In this document: positions 10,074 to 20,627 of the stretch, piece by piece
How the letters are laid out: each line of letters opens with the position of its first letter
Position numbering within the stretch: the stretch's first letter is position 1
DNA from: a virus
Taxonomy: Duplodnaviria > Caudoviricetes
Virus record (IMG/VR): IMGVR_UViG_3300035498_000530
Location: 158,732 to 222,731 of that record
Length of the DNA: 64,000 nt
Reading direction: 5' to 3' (one strand)
The notes under the pieces: generated by a model
Database searches by the model: none
Told to the model about the DNA's origin: nothing
Seen by the model: the letters and a program-made list of their open reading frames with translations, nothing else
Program-made: the position numbers and the translations under genes

Positions 10074-10158
10074 ATTAACTCCTCCTTAAAAATGGTTATT
10101 TTTATATATTATTATAATGTAAACTATAATATATCTCAAAACTAAGGAGGCAACAAAC

Positions 10159-11070
10159 ATGTTGGACTTAAACTTTTTAAAACAAAACCATCAGATACTT
10201 GAGTATACTGAGAATAAAATAATAGAGGTATTCAATTTATTGAATCCTAAACTTACATTTTATAATTGTAGATTAGAAATATCATATTTATATACAACAG
10301 ATTTTAATTTAGGAGCATTTGGATCTGGTATTACAACAATATATGTATATAATGTCATAGATTCTGCAGTTGAAATTATGGATTCTGTATTTACAGTTAA
10401 TGGATATATAAATCAAGAGACTATATATAAGATTATAAATTCATTAGTATATTCAGCTGTTGTACATGAATTATGTCACTCAAAACAATTGATGCTAAAT
10501 ATATGCAGAGATGATATCTACATGGCTCATATTGAAAATGAGAATGAAATAGAAACAAAATATCAATTAAATAATCTTATAGGGAATGGAGTAATATCAA
10601 TAGATGAAATTGATATGAACATAATTAATTTTATTAATAAAGCTACAATACCAGAGAACTACAGTGGATATGATCATTCTATAAATGGAGTTCATTGGCT
10701 ATTATATAAAATTCTTCAGTACGATAAAGAAGAATATTTTGAACATGCAATTTCTGGGGAATTTGGAATGATTGATTGTGATATTCTTAAAAGAATCGAT
10801 GATGTATTAAAATCTGGAGCAAAAATAAATATAAAATTATACAATGAAGAAACTCAAAAATTGTATCATGCTTGTCTTAATCCAGAAGAAAAAGATGTTA
10901 TCGATTATAATGCTCTTGCATATCTTATAGATGGATATAATAGTATGGATTTTTATAGCGCAGAAATCTATACAAAATTAGCGACAGCATTTTTTATAGG
11001 TTTTCATATATATGATGTATCTTTATCAATTCAACCAACTAAGCGATTTCCCATAGGTAGCATATATTAA
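10159..11070 (+). CDS. HExxH zincin-like protein
   Basis: VVHELCHSKQ with a downstream ENEIE. Early motif ATATATTAT at 10104-10112. Confidence 0.6.
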   Translation: MLDLNFLKQNHQILEYTENKIIEVFNLLNPKLTFYNCRLEISYLYTTDFNLGAFGSGITTIYVYNVIDSAVEIMDSVFTVNGYINQETIYKIINSLVYSAVVHELCHSKQLMLNICRDDIYMAHIENENEIETKYQLNNLIGNGVISIDEIDMNIINFINKATIPENYSGYDHSINGVHWLLYKILQYDKEEYFEHAISGEFGMIDCDILKRIDDVLKSGAKINIKLYNEETQKLYHACLNPEEKDVIDYNALAYLIDGYNSMDFYSAEIYTKLATAFFIGFHIYDVSLSIQPTKRFPIGSIY

Positions 11071-11077
11071 TTAATAT

Positions 11078-11109
11078 TAAAGGGGTCTAAATAGATCCCT
11101 TTATTTTTT
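11078..11109 (+). terminator. Rho-independent terminator
   Basis: Stem TAAAGGGGTCTA/TAGATCCCTTTA followed by a T-tract. Confidence 0.7.
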
Positions 11110-11129
11110 CTTTCGTTTAGCCAGTTTTA

Positions 11130-11141
11130 AACATATGAGTA
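11130..11141 (+). promoter_or_regulatory. Late promoter AACA-N6-TA (prohead protease)
   Basis: AACA-TATGAG-TA. Confidence 0.7.
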
Positions 11142-11172
11142 ATATGATATTACATTTAAAGGAGGATTATAT

Positions 11173-12045
11173 ATGAGCAAAGCAAGTACCCCTATAGGAT
11201 ACATATTACAAGAAGAATCTTCTGTAGTTAAAAATATGAAAATAGTTGCAGAAAGCGGTAGAAGAGTTACAGCTGAAGGCATTCTTCAGACAGCAGAAGA
11301 ATTGAATAGAAATGGAAGATTCTATGAAAGAAAAGAACTTTTCCCAGAATTAACTGGTCCTAGAATAACAGAATTACTTAGTACTGGTAATCTTAAAGGT
11401 GAAGATGGTCATCCTTCTTCAAAAGAACTTACTAGACAGCAGACTATAGATCCAATGTTTACTTGTGTAAAGTATCTTAAACTTTGGACCAAAGGTGATG
11501 ATATCTGGGCTACTTTCAGAGGAGATAATACAGCAAGAGGTGAATACTTCGATCTCGATCTTAGAGATGGTGATCTTCCATCATTCTCTCTTAGAGCCTT
11601 AGGTACTATTGATAATAAAGGTGGTAAGGCTTATGTAAGAAATGTAAGAGTTATCACTTGGGATAGAGTATATTATCCATCTCATAAGAGAGCATATACT
11701 AAAGGTATTGTATCAGAATCTGGTAGTCTTTTATCTTCTAAACTTGCTGCTCCAAGGGGTGGTATAAACGAAAGTGGTATTCTTACTATAGATGGTTCAT
11801 CTAATCAGTTATATGAAACAGAATCTTCAGGTATTATAGCTCCTGTGACTAATGATTCAGTAATTAATTATATTAAGACAGAATCAGCTAATATTCATAC
11901 TATTATGAATAATTTCGATATTTTCTATGATACTATAAGCCTTACTGAAGACGGTAACTCTATTCAGATGGTAGATAAAGCTGGTAATACTATTATAGTA
12001 AGTCTTGAGAAATATATATTTGATGAGATTATGAACTATATTTAA
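11173..12045 (+). CDS. Prohead core protease (T4 gp21-like, peptidase S77)
   Basis: Motifs EGILQTAEELNRNGRFY, GEDGHP (catalytic His), SFSLRALG (catalytic Ser) and ITWDRVYYPS. Confidence 0.9.
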   Translation: MSKASTPIGYILQEESSVVKNMKIVAESGRRVTAEGILQTAEELNRNGRFYERKELFPELTGPRITELLSTGNLKGEDGHPSSKELTRQQTIDPMFTCVKYLKLWTKGDDIWATFRGDNTARGEYFDLDLRDGDLPSFSLRALGTIDNKGGKAYVRNVRVITWDRVYYPSHKRAYTKGIVSESGSLLSSKLAAPRGGINESGILTIDGSSNQLYETESSGIIAPVTNDSVINYIKTESANIHTIMNNFDIFYDTISLTEDGNSIQMVDKAGNTIIVSLEKYIFDEIMNYI

Positions 12046-12046
12046 C

Positions 12047-12080
12047 AAAAAATAAACGGGATGGTTTAAAACCATCCCGT
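12047..12080 (-). terminator. Terminator between convergent genes
   Basis: Stem ACGGGATGGTTT/AAACCATCCCGT with a TTTATTTTTT tail on the minus strand. Confidence 0.7.
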
Positions 12081-12086
12081 ATTCTT

Positions 12087-13061
12087 TTAACTAAATGCAA
12101 GAGCAATAGTATTATAGCTATCAACTAAAACAAATTCTACCTTTTGATATTTGTCTCTAAGTGATTGAACTATTTTCATCATTGCCTTAATAGATCTTAA
12201 TGATACCATATCATCTTTCAATATAGCAAACTCATATATATTATTTTTTGGTATTTCTAATATATTTATCTTGAATCCTTTTGCTTTTTTGCTTATGGTT
12301 GTTTTTAAGATTCCTCCGGTTAATGTGATCTTGTCTAAATCACTTAATTCACAGTTATTCCCAATAAATGTAACAAGTCCGCCACATACACTTTCAAATG
12401 CTTTATCATTATTTAATGGAGTACCATCAACTATAGGTTCTCCTTTACAAGTAATAATATTATTATTGAATATCTTAACAGTTTGTATTACATTATACAT
12501 ATAATCTTCCCTATCAAGAATATCTATAAATATATCATTCATCTCTAATACATTATAATACGTATTACTCATTATTTCTACAGCTTCAATTCTTAAATCC
12601 TCATCAGGATCTCTATAGGAGCCATATGTCAAACTTGCAGTAATACCATATGCTGCATATAAGAACATCATAGATTTAAATAATTCTGAATATGTATCAT
12701 CCTTTACTATAGATGATATAGTTTCTTTGATATATTCTACAAAATCATCATCTATCTCTACATTCATTTTAATATTGCTAATTGAACAGATCGATGCAAT
12801 ACATAATTCTTCTAAATCTATAATAATAGATTCTTCGCTATATTTATAATATTTCATATCACTATTTCCGACGATACAAACACCTAAGTTTAAAGGCTTA
12901 AATTCATATGATACAATATATGAATCTTTTAACTTGAATATCAATTCATCAAGATAGCCTGATACATATCTCTTTACCATATTCATATAAGTCTTTGTTG
13001 TTTTATTTAAGTATTTTGAAAATAAACATGCCTTTCTTACTACTTCTTTTGGATCTTTCAT
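12087..13061 (-). CDS. Hypothetical protein
   Basis: 324-aa ORF coupled to the upstream ORF (RBS GAGGAGG). Confidence 0.7.
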   Translation of the reverse strand: MKDPKEVVRKACLFSKYLNKTTKTYMNMVKRYVSGYLDELIFKLKDSYIVSYEFKPLNLGVCIVGNSDMKYYKYSEESIIIDLEELCIASICSISNIKMNVEIDDDFVEYIKETISSIVKDDTYSELFKSMMFLYAAYGITASLTYGSYRDPDEDLRIEAVEIMSNTYYNVLEMNDIFIDILDREDYMYNVIQTVKIFNNNIITCKGEPIVDGTPLNNDKAFESVCGGLVTFIGNNCELSDLDKITLTGGILKTTISKKAKGFKINILEIPKNNIYEFAILKDDMVSLRSIKAMMKIVQSLRDKYQKVEFVLVDSYNTIALAFS

Positions 13062-13840
13062 TACTCATCCTCCTCAGCTTTAAGCATAATTACAACAGTA
13101 TCATCTTCTTTTTCTATAATCTTATCTATAACACAATCAATGACTCCAATGGTTTCCATAATCTTATAGTTTCTTTTCGGAGTAATGACTATATTATTGT
13201 ATATGAATGTGATATCTTTATATTTAGATAAAGATATATCATCAAAATAGTCAGTAAAAGTATGTGTAATATATGTAGAATACATTATTCCTAAATCGGC
13301 TTCTCTGAAGTCTAAAATATAATTATCTATAATAGAACCAAGATCATACTTGTCAGTATAATTTTTTACTACGTATCGTATACTTTCATTAAATAACTCA
13401 TATATATTGTAGATATGTATTGTTATAAGCTCTGGATCATCTGTCTTAGGACGTGAATATACATCATTAACAGCAATAATAAAATCATTGAGTATTAATA
13501 TTTTTAATGCTACAATCATATCGAATCCATTATTCATTACTTTCATTAATCTCTCTGATACTGTATATATTCTTTCTTCACTAATAAGCAATTTATGAAT
13601 ATGAGGATCATAATCTATACGATTTCCGGTTTCCATAGATAAGTATAAATCCTCGTTATTTACCTTTCCTAAATACATTGCAAAATTGATTCTATATGGA
13701 GCTCCTGCTGACATAAGAAACTCGTTATAGATATTGTTAAACCATGAGAATATCCAATCATTTCTCATAAAAATTAACTGACTGAATTGCTCAGAGTTTA
13801 AAATTTCATCTAACTGCTTTTGTTTTTCCATTTTAATCAT
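13061..13840 (-). CDS. Hypothetical protein
   Basis: 259-aa ORF; the start may be a few codons downstream. Confidence 0.7.
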   Translation of the reverse strand: MIKMEKQKQLDEILNSEQFSQLIFMRNDWIFSWFNNIYNEFLMSAGAPYRINFAMYLGKVNNEDLYLSMETGNRIDYDPHIHKLLISEERIYTVSERLMKVMNNGFDMIVALKILILNDFIIAVNDVYSRPKTDDPELITIHIYNIYELFNESIRYVVKNYTDKYDLGSIIDNYILDFREADLGIMYSTYITHTFTDYFDDISLSKYKDITFIYNNIVITPKRNYKIMETIGVIDCVIDKIIEKEDDTVVIMLKAEEDE

Positions 13841-13907
13841 CCTTTCTTGATTTTTAAAAAGTTATGCCATATGGAATAAAATCCATATGGCTGTATTTAA
13901 TATTAGA

Positions 13908-13980
13908 TGGCTCACATGGGGCTTGAACCCATGACCCCTTGATTAAAAGTCAAGTGCTCTACCGACTGAGCTAGTGAACC
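13908..13980 (-). tRNA. tRNA-Lys(UUU), CCA not encoded
   Basis: Minus strand: acceptor GGTTCAC/GTGAGCC, D arm GCTC-AGTCGGTA-GAGC, anticodon arm CTTGA-CT-TTT-AA-TCAAG, T arm ATGGG-TTCAAGC-CCCAT, discriminator A. 73 nt. Confidence 0.95.
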
Positions 13981-13982
13981 TC

Positions 13983-13994
13983 TAATATATTGTT
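13983..13994 (-). promoter_or_regulatory. Late promoter immediately upstream of the tRNA
   Basis: AACA-ATATAT-TA; predicted +1 is 3 nt before the tRNA 5' end. Confidence 0.6.
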
Positions 13995-14011
13995 GATACT
14001 ATAGTAAATTA

Positions 14012-14866
14012 TTACTTCATATCAAAAATTACATATGCTGTAGAATCATCATATTTAGTCTTAGATCTCATACTATGTTTATTAGTCTTAACGATATTGT
14101 TAATCTCATAGCAATATAAGATATAATTATCTTCACATATGTAATTTATATTACCTTTAAAGACTGGTATACTAATTACACCATCATTAATGGTTTTAAA
14201 TACAATATACACGTCTTTTCCTATATGAATATTTCCTCTGATGTAATCATATAGCATATTTATACCCATAGAGTAATCATTTTCAAATGTAAACTCATCA
14301 AAGCATTTTTTAGAGTCATCTGCATATCTGTATATAGTATTAAGCAATAACTTTACATAATCATTATATGCAACATCTCTATTCTTAGAAACCATAGCTA
14401 AATAATAATCCTTAGAACTACCAAAGGTAGAACATGAATCATCTATATCATGGTATAAAAGAGTTATGAGCTTATTATAATCAACAATCTTACTGTATGG
14501 AGTTATTTCATCTCTAACAAAATCTAATGTATGAAGTAGAGACGATAAATTACTGTATTCAGTATCTATTGGTAATAATAAACTATCGCTTAATACTATT
14601 TTTGAAAATTCCTCTACAAGTTTTAGTTTTATAAAATCTTCTCCTATATTACCATTTCTAAGAAGATAATTATAAAAAGTTTCTGTATATACTGTAATAG
14701 TATCTCCTGTAGTGTTTATTACAATGAAATCATCTGTTGGAGATCTACGAGATATTTCAACATTGCTAATCATTATATTATACTTTTTAAGCATACTTAA
14801 TAAAGATCCACAAATGCTATTGCATACTCGTTCTATTATAGCTATATGTCTCAGTTTATTTATCAT
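14012..14866 (-). CDS. Hypothetical protein
   Basis: 284-aa ORF overlapping the upstream stop; RBS GGAGGGA. Confidence 0.7.
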   Translation of the reverse strand: MINKLRHIAIIERVCNSICGSLLSMLKKYNIMISNVEISRRSPTDDFIVINTTGDTITVYTETFYNYLLRNGNIGEDFIKLKLVEEFSKIVLSDSLLLPIDTEYSNLSSLLHTLDFVRDEITPYSKIVDYNKLITLLYHDIDDSCSTFGSSKDYYLAMVSKNRDVAYNDYVKLLLNTIYRYADDSKKCFDEFTFENDYSMGINMLYDYIRGNIHIGKDVYIVFKTINDGVISIPVFKGNINYICEDNYILYCYEINNIVKTNKHSMRSKTKYDDSTAYVIFDMK

Positions 14867-15575
14867 GTCCTTCCCTCCTTAATTTGGCTAACTCGTCCAA
14901 AAATGAAATCCTAGTATTAGAATTACTAGTTGAAGTTGCCGGTGTTTCTTCGACATATTCTGGTACATTGTTTCCGAATGATGTCATATTATATCCAAAT
15001 TCTGGTCTTTGTATATAATTCATCATCATTGCAGAATGATTTATCGGATCAAATTTATTCACTATATAATGCAATTCTACAAATCTTTCTATAGAAATAT
15101 CTGTATATACATTACTACTACCTATATACAATCTGACCCCTGGTTTATTGAATGAAATTGTTGGTTCAAGACCAACAAAATTATTCCCATATACCTCCAT
15201 TTGTAATGGTGGTACAGCAGTTACTACTTTATATCCTCCTTCTTTATCTTTTTTAAATATATTATTAAAATCTGGACCATCGAACCAGACCATGGCCATA
15301 TTCAATAATTTAATGAACATAATAAAATCATTAAGATATAGAACTATTTGAGTCCTATCAGTTGTTTCTGTTTTGCTTTTTGTTATATTAAAATGATAGG
15401 AATACCTTCTTCTTATCATAATACCAGAACTAAGATTATATTCCTCATGTATAGGATTAATCGTATTCTGTGATTTATTTTTACTATATAAAGATGTTGT
15501 AAAAGTAAATAATGTATAAGGATCCAACTGACATAAAACATCAGTTATCTTATTATAATCTTTATAATCATACAT
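14856..15575 (-). CDS. Hypothetical protein
   Basis: 239-aa ORF; RBS AAGGGGG. Confidence 0.7.
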   Translation of the reverse strand: MYDYKDYNKITDVLCQLDPYTLFTFTTSLYSKNKSQNTINPIHEEYNLSSGIMIRRRYSYHFNITKSKTETTDRTQIVLYLNDFIMFIKLLNMAMVWFDGPDFNNIFKKDKEGGYKVVTAVPPLQMEVYGNNFVGLEPTISFNKPGVRLYIGSSNVYTDISIERFVELHYIVNKFDPINHSAMMMNYIQRPEFGYNMTSFGNNVPEYVEETPATSTSNSNTRISFLDELAKLRREGHDK

Positions 15576-15609
15576 AAGGGATTTCCCCCTTGAGTAGTTT
15601 AATCTTCAT
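15568..15609 (-). CDS. 13-aa leader peptide MKIKLLKGEIPYV
   Basis: AAGGAGG RBS 7 nt before ATG; its stop overlaps the start of the 239-aa gene (ATGTATGA). Confidence 0.45.
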   Translation of the reverse strand: MKIKLLKGEIPYV

Positions 15610-15729
15610 AAAGTTTCCTCCTTGTATGTACTACTATGATAATAATATATGTCTAAATATGTTTTAGTATCATAGTAAATAAAAAATAAAGAGCTCCGAA
15701 GAACTCTTTATTTTCTTGTTTTCGCATAA

Positions 15730-16737
15730 TTAATTATATACGATTTCAGATTCAATATCATATGTTGCAGGATTTACACTATTTGGACTTGCAGTTAATA
15801 ATACATATTTTATTTTAGAATTATTAAATTCTACAGCATAGTTATGAATATTATTCATATAATAATCGCCGTTATAATGCATATTAAAATTATATTTGTT
15901 AGTCGGCTGACCAATATTATTCTTATCTGCAAGCTCTATGAGATATGCCTTAATACCTTTATTAGTATAAATTCTTTTAGCTACATCACTAGCTAATTGC
16001 AACATTCCAGGATTGATATCATTAGATACAAAATTCAAACGCATCATCTTTCTATTGAAATCATTGCCGTTTTTATTTTGATCTTGTTCTATTGATACTA
16101 TAGGACTTCTATTAATTGAATTAGATATATTCTTGCTAGCCCTCTGACCAATGTTTATTGTATTAGAATCATTTGGTAATGAAAGCCCGCAGTTATTTAT
16201 AGCTTTTGCTTTTTGTTTATTATTATAATTTTCTGATATTATATATTTAAGAACATCATTCTTTGGATATACCCATTCTCTAAAGTATAAATCTTTATTA
16301 TAATAATAGCAATGAGCAGCAAATTCTGTACAACGCTCAATAATTAAGAATAAGTCCATATTAGCATAATAAGTTGGAAGTACTATATTTTCTAATTCTG
16401 TCTTAATCCATATTGGATTTTGTACTGGCCGCTCATCGGATATAAATAAATTCCCATTATTAATTGTAAAATATCCTTCATCAAGACCAATTGATATAGC
16501 ATAACTTGTATATAACTTGTTATCTATAATTGCAATTGGATAATGATCTTTAGAAGAGAAATATTTATCTATCCAGACATCTTTCTCATCTTTAGATATA
16601 TTACATACTGTTGGAAATTTATATATTCCAGCTGCAAGCTTTGCATCCATGACATTTGGGCTTTCTAAGTCTATATCTTTCTCAGACATATACTTTCCTA
16701 TAGCATCATTTAAACTAAATCTTTTTCCTGTTTTCAT
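15730..16737 (-). CDS. Hypothetical early protein (start revised to 16737)
   Basis: AAGGAGG precedes MKTGK; early motif ACATATTAT at 16783-16791 lies inside the longer ORF call. Confidence 0.7.
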   Translation of the reverse strand: MKTGKRFSLNDAIGKYMSEKDIDLESPNVMDAKLAAGIYKFPTVCNISKDEKDVWIDKYFSSKDHYPIAIIDNKLYTSYAISIGLDEGYFTINNGNLFISDERPVQNPIWIKTELENIVLPTYYANMDLFLIIERCTEFAAHCYYYNKDLYFREWVYPKNDVLKYIISENYNNKQKAKAINNCGLSLPNDSNTINIGQRASKNISNSINRSPIVSIEQDQNKNGNDFNRKMMRLNFVSNDINPGMLQLASDVAKRIYTNKGIKAYLIELADKNNIGQPTNKYNFNMHYNGDYYMNNIHNYAVEFNNSKIKYVLLTASPNSVNPATYDIESEIVYN

Positions 16738-16850
16738 TTTAAATTCCTCCTTAAGAATTAAATATATTTTGTTATCATTGTAATAATATGTATCCAAAAA
16801 ACATATTAAAACAGGATGAGAATATATCTCATCCTGTATGGTTTTATAGA

Positions 16851-18398
16851 TTAATCATCAAAGAATATTATAGGAGACATAGGTCTCTTAGATTTTCTCT
16901 TCGGATTTTGTTTCCATCTATCTATTTCATCTAACTTCTGATATATAATATTATCATTATATTTTTCTGTAGAACAACTAGTAGCATACTTCTCAAATAT
17001 AGGTTCTTTAGCATAATAATATTTTCTGGTTTGGTAAAATCCGGTATCAACTAATTCTCTATATGAAGTATTTTTATCTCTAGTTCTTCCTAAAGTTTGC
17101 CTCGCAATTACCTCTGATTTAAAAGGCTCAGCAAGTACGATTGTCTCTTTTAAGCCTTTTATATCCATGGCAGCACCACAAGACTTGGTAGTTGATAAAA
17201 TGACATCTTTTTCTAATTGCTCTTGCTTAGTGCTCTTATCAGATACAGATGTAAATATACCAACTCTACCATAAAAATCTGGACAATTTTCCATTATCCA
17301 ATCATATACATATTTTATAGCATCATTTGTTCCTATATAAACTAGAACTTTACCATCTACTTCTGTTCTTATATGATGCATTAATATCATAAGCATATTC
17401 TGAAAATTCTCTTGTTTTACTACATAATTAGTATACTTATTTCTATCAATACCATATATTCTATTAGAACAGAATTTCATGTCTTTTGGTGTTGGTTCAG
17501 AATTATAGAACATTGCTATATATTCTGTCCTAGGATCTAGATCTTCATCGAACATATCTAGCTTAGGAACATTCTTAAAATATAACTTATATAAAGCATT
17601 CTCATCTTTATCACTCCTTGCTGGGGTCGCAGTAAGATATAATGTAAGATAAGTATTACTAGCATAATCTATCTTGCACATATTATCAAAATTAAGATGG
17701 GCTTCATCATAAATCTTTATACATAATTTCAAGAATCTAAACAATTCTCCAATACTTTCCCAACTGGTATTCTTAGCATAAGTTTCTAATGTCTGATGAG
17801 ATACAAGATATATTTTATATCTATCTATCAATTTAGGATTATTAAGAAGCTTATGTATATCAGAAGTTCCAGTGATATGACATATTTGTTTTTTGGTTAT
17901 ATCAGTATATTCTTGTATACGAACTTTCCACTGATTTAACCATTCTACAGAACTGGTTATTATTATTGCAGGTACACTTAGATATGCTACAGCAGCAATA
18001 GTAATATATGTCTTACCAAATCCTGTAGGACAAGCTATTAGCTTTTGAGAATAATCATTAGTCCAACTATACTCTTTATTACCTAGAATAAATCTTAATG
18101 CTTCAGATTGTCTATCATCTCTAGGTAATGTTTTAATCATAGTATCAGATGTTTTCATAAAATCATCTGTTTTAGCAAAAGTTGCTTTTGCTTTAACTTG
18201 ATTTTCTACATACCATATATCTATACCTCTGGGGAGATATAGAATACATTTCTCAGGATCATACTTAGCACATTTGAAATTAAGTGAATAATTTACCGGA
18301 TCCTGTATTATGAAGAATGATTCAAGTCTGCTACAATCTCCATAGTGGTAATCATTTACCACTATGGATGTTTGTCTAACTTCAATTTTGTTTTCCAT
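16851..18398 (-). CDS. Superfamily 2 DNA helicase (UvsW/Rad25-like, DEAH)
   Basis: CPTGFGKT (Walker A), YDEAH, LTATP, QTLGRTR. Confidence 0.9.
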   Translation of the reverse strand: MENKIEVRQTSIVVNDYHYGDCSRLESFFIIQDPVNYSLNFKCAKYDPEKCILYLPRGIDIWYVENQVKAKATFAKTDDFMKTSDTMIKTLPRDDRQSEALRFILGNKEYSWTNDYSQKLIACPTGFGKTYITIAAVAYLSVPAIIITSSVEWLNQWKVRIQEYTDITKKQICHITGTSDIHKLLNNPKLIDRYKIYLVSHQTLETYAKNTSWESIGELFRFLKLCIKIYDEAHLNFDNMCKIDYASNTYLTLYLTATPARSDKDENALYKLYFKNVPKLDMFDEDLDPRTEYIAMFYNSEPTPKDMKFCSNRIYGIDRNKYTNYVVKQENFQNMLMILMHHIRTEVDGKVLVYIGTNDAIKYVYDWIMENCPDFYGRVGIFTSVSDKSTKQEQLEKDVILSTTKSCGAAMDIKGLKETIVLAEPFKSEVIARQTLGRTRDKNTSYRELVDTGFYQTRKYYYAKEPIFEKYATSCSTEKYNDNIIYQKLDEIDRWKQNPKRKSKRPMSPIIFFDD

Positions 18399-20581
18399 TA
18401 TTCATCACCATTCAACCAAACCTCAGAAGTTACTAATTCTGGATTTGTAATTAATTCTATAGGACTTATAGGCCTATGTTTCTTAGTACTCTTTGGCTTT
18501 TCATAGTCTATATCATTTTGTGGATGTACTTTGACAAAATCATCATACATACTAGAACCATGTTTTTTGAATGTCAAAGGAGATACTAAATTCTTAGAGA
18601 ACTTTTGATACATAAATGACTTTATTGGAGATGGATTCATCATCAATGCTTGATCCAATGTCAATATAGTATAATCCTCATTAGGATTTTCCCAATTAGG
18701 CATCATAAATACATCATTAGCAGATCTCATTTGATTAGATAATAATACTTCATAATGAATTGCCATAACTGAAATATTACATTCCATCTGAGTCTGAATC
18801 ATTTCTTGTAAGATCTGATTTTTATCCATAGATGTTGTTACATCTTTCTTATTGAGAATATCACTAATCCTATACAATGAACGACTAAGTTCATTATTCT
18901 GAATCTTGATACAGAAGATATCTACACCTTCAAGTTCACTTAATGGTATTATTATCTTATCACCATCAATACCTTTACCATATTCTCTGATAGCTCTATT
19001 CAAATCACTAGTTATATAAAGTTTATCCTTTTCTTTAGTAGTGATTGGATATTCATTAACGCCATCTATTATAGTAAATCTTGTTACATACTCATTGTAT
19101 ACTTCGCTATATCTTGAGTTCATAGCATATTCATCATAATCCTCAAGTTTTTCTGACATAGAATATGCTGCTTGTGCATACTCATCATCATTTTCCAATT
19201 CGATATCACTCTTATAAACCTCAAGGAATTGGTTTTTAATATATTCGCAGTCGTTCAATCTTAAGGTATTTCCATCAACGGTTATCCATTCTTTAAAACT
19301 ACCTTCCCAATCCATAGCTACCACAGATGCTCTAAGCAAATGTTTAGCAGAAAGAAGTCTTTGAGTTAATATAGAAGTCAAAGACTCTGCTGCATTCTTT
19401 CCTGGATTTATATGTCTTAAACTATATGCTAAGTTACCATAGCACTTATAGCATATACCTTTTCCTTTGGCATGACTAGCACAAGTCATCGGACTTCTGA
19501 GATATATAGTCATACCAATGAGATGATAATCATCATCTTTGATAATTCTTTCAACTCCACCTGGATTCATTCTATACCATCTATCTCTAAAGAAAGATAA
19601 CATTTTTTCTGAAATTATTGTTATCATTATAAAGTTCTTTGTACAGCAATCATAGTGAGGGTCTGGATGTATTTTTGTATCTACATTATTCAGACCAACT
19701 ATTCTTGCCAAATGTCCTGAGGTTCCTATATTATCTTTATTGATAATCTGAGCTTGTCTACCTACAGAGGCATCTATAAAGATATCTTCAAGAGTCTCTA
19801 AACCTCTATTCATGAATGATTTATTTATAGAATATTCAAATATTCCTCCATGACCATCTGGTTTAGGACCTATATTAACAGCTACTTCTTTAAACTGAGC
19901 TGGGTTAATACCTTCACCGGTTCTAAAAGAATCAGCAATACAGAAATCATATCCAAGATATTTCTTTGCATCTTTGATATGCTCTATAAGTTTCTTAGTA
20001 TATTTCATACCAACATCTGGTACATCTTCTATTGGAACATCGCTTAAATCAAGATGCATCAAATCATTGAATTCTTTATCCTTTTGCATAAGAAAGATAA
20101 AGTCTTCATTACACATTGTATTACATAAATACATCTGAAAGTTTGCTATATCCAATAATCTATATATAGAATCATCTATAGTATTATTTATTATTACTGG
20201 ATCCAATAATGTTCTATTTGGATCTATATGATTCTTATCTATCCACTCCTTAATAGAATTAGGAGTAATATCTTCTGGGAAATATAAATTATTTGAATGT
20301 ATTCTTCTTCCTACATTAACTATCATTCCCCAGAGTATCATATTAAACCATAAGTCTTGTATAGTCAATCTACAAGGACCTTCTGGAAATATTACTTCTA
20401 CTTTGACAGATTGGCACCATTCTGTTTCTATACTATCCATCATTATATTCAATATTCCATCAACGTATCCTTTCCAATTAGAACTATTGACTTCATCTGT
20501 TATTATTGTTTGATATCCATAAGTTGCTAATGGAGCCATACAATAATAGTTTTCGTACTTTGTACACGGTGTCATACTCAT
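18398..20581 (-). CDS. Non-virion RNA polymerase beta' subunit, C-terminal part
   Basis: Bridge helix TSGHLARIV. Zn site LRSPMTC...GICYKCYG. Trigger loop TQRLLSAKH. IHYEVLLSNQMR. Early promoter at 20613-20621. Confidence 0.88.
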   Translation of the reverse strand: MSMTPCTKYENYYCMAPLATYGYQTIITDEVNSSNWKGYVDGILNIMMDSIETEWCQSVKVEVIFPEGPCRLTIQDLWFNMILWGMIVNVGRRIHSNNLYFPEDITPNSIKEWIDKNHIDPNRTLLDPVIINNTIDDSIYRLLDIANFQMYLCNTMCNEDFIFLMQKDKEFNDLMHLDLSDVPIEDVPDVGMKYTKKLIEHIKDAKKYLGYDFCIADSFRTGEGINPAQFKEVAVNIGPKPDGHGGIFEYSINKSFMNRGLETLEDIFIDASVGRQAQIINKDNIGTSGHLARIVGLNNVDTKIHPDPHYDCCTKNFIMITIISEKMLSFFRDRWYRMNPGGVERIIKDDDYHLIGMTIYLRSPMTCASHAKGKGICYKCYGNLAYSLRHINPGKNAAESLTSILTQRLLSAKHLLRASVVAMDWEGSFKEWITVDGNTLRLNDCEYIKNQFLEVYKSDIELENDDEYAQAAYSMSEKLEDYDEYAMNSRYSEVYNEYVTRFTIIDGVNEYPITTKEKDKLYITSDLNRAIREYGKGIDGDKIIIPLSELEGVDIFCIKIQNNELSRSLYRISDILNKKDVTTSMDKNQILQEMIQTQMECNISVMAIHYEVLLSNQMRSANDVFMMPNWENPNEDYTILTLDQALMMNPSPIKSFMYQKFSKNLVSPLTFKKHGSSMYDDFVKVHPQNDIDYEKPKSTKKHRPISPIELITNPELVTSEVWLNGDE

Positions 20582-20627
20582 TTTCTTTTCCTCCTTTAAG
20601 TATTCTAAATATATAATATCTAAATAC

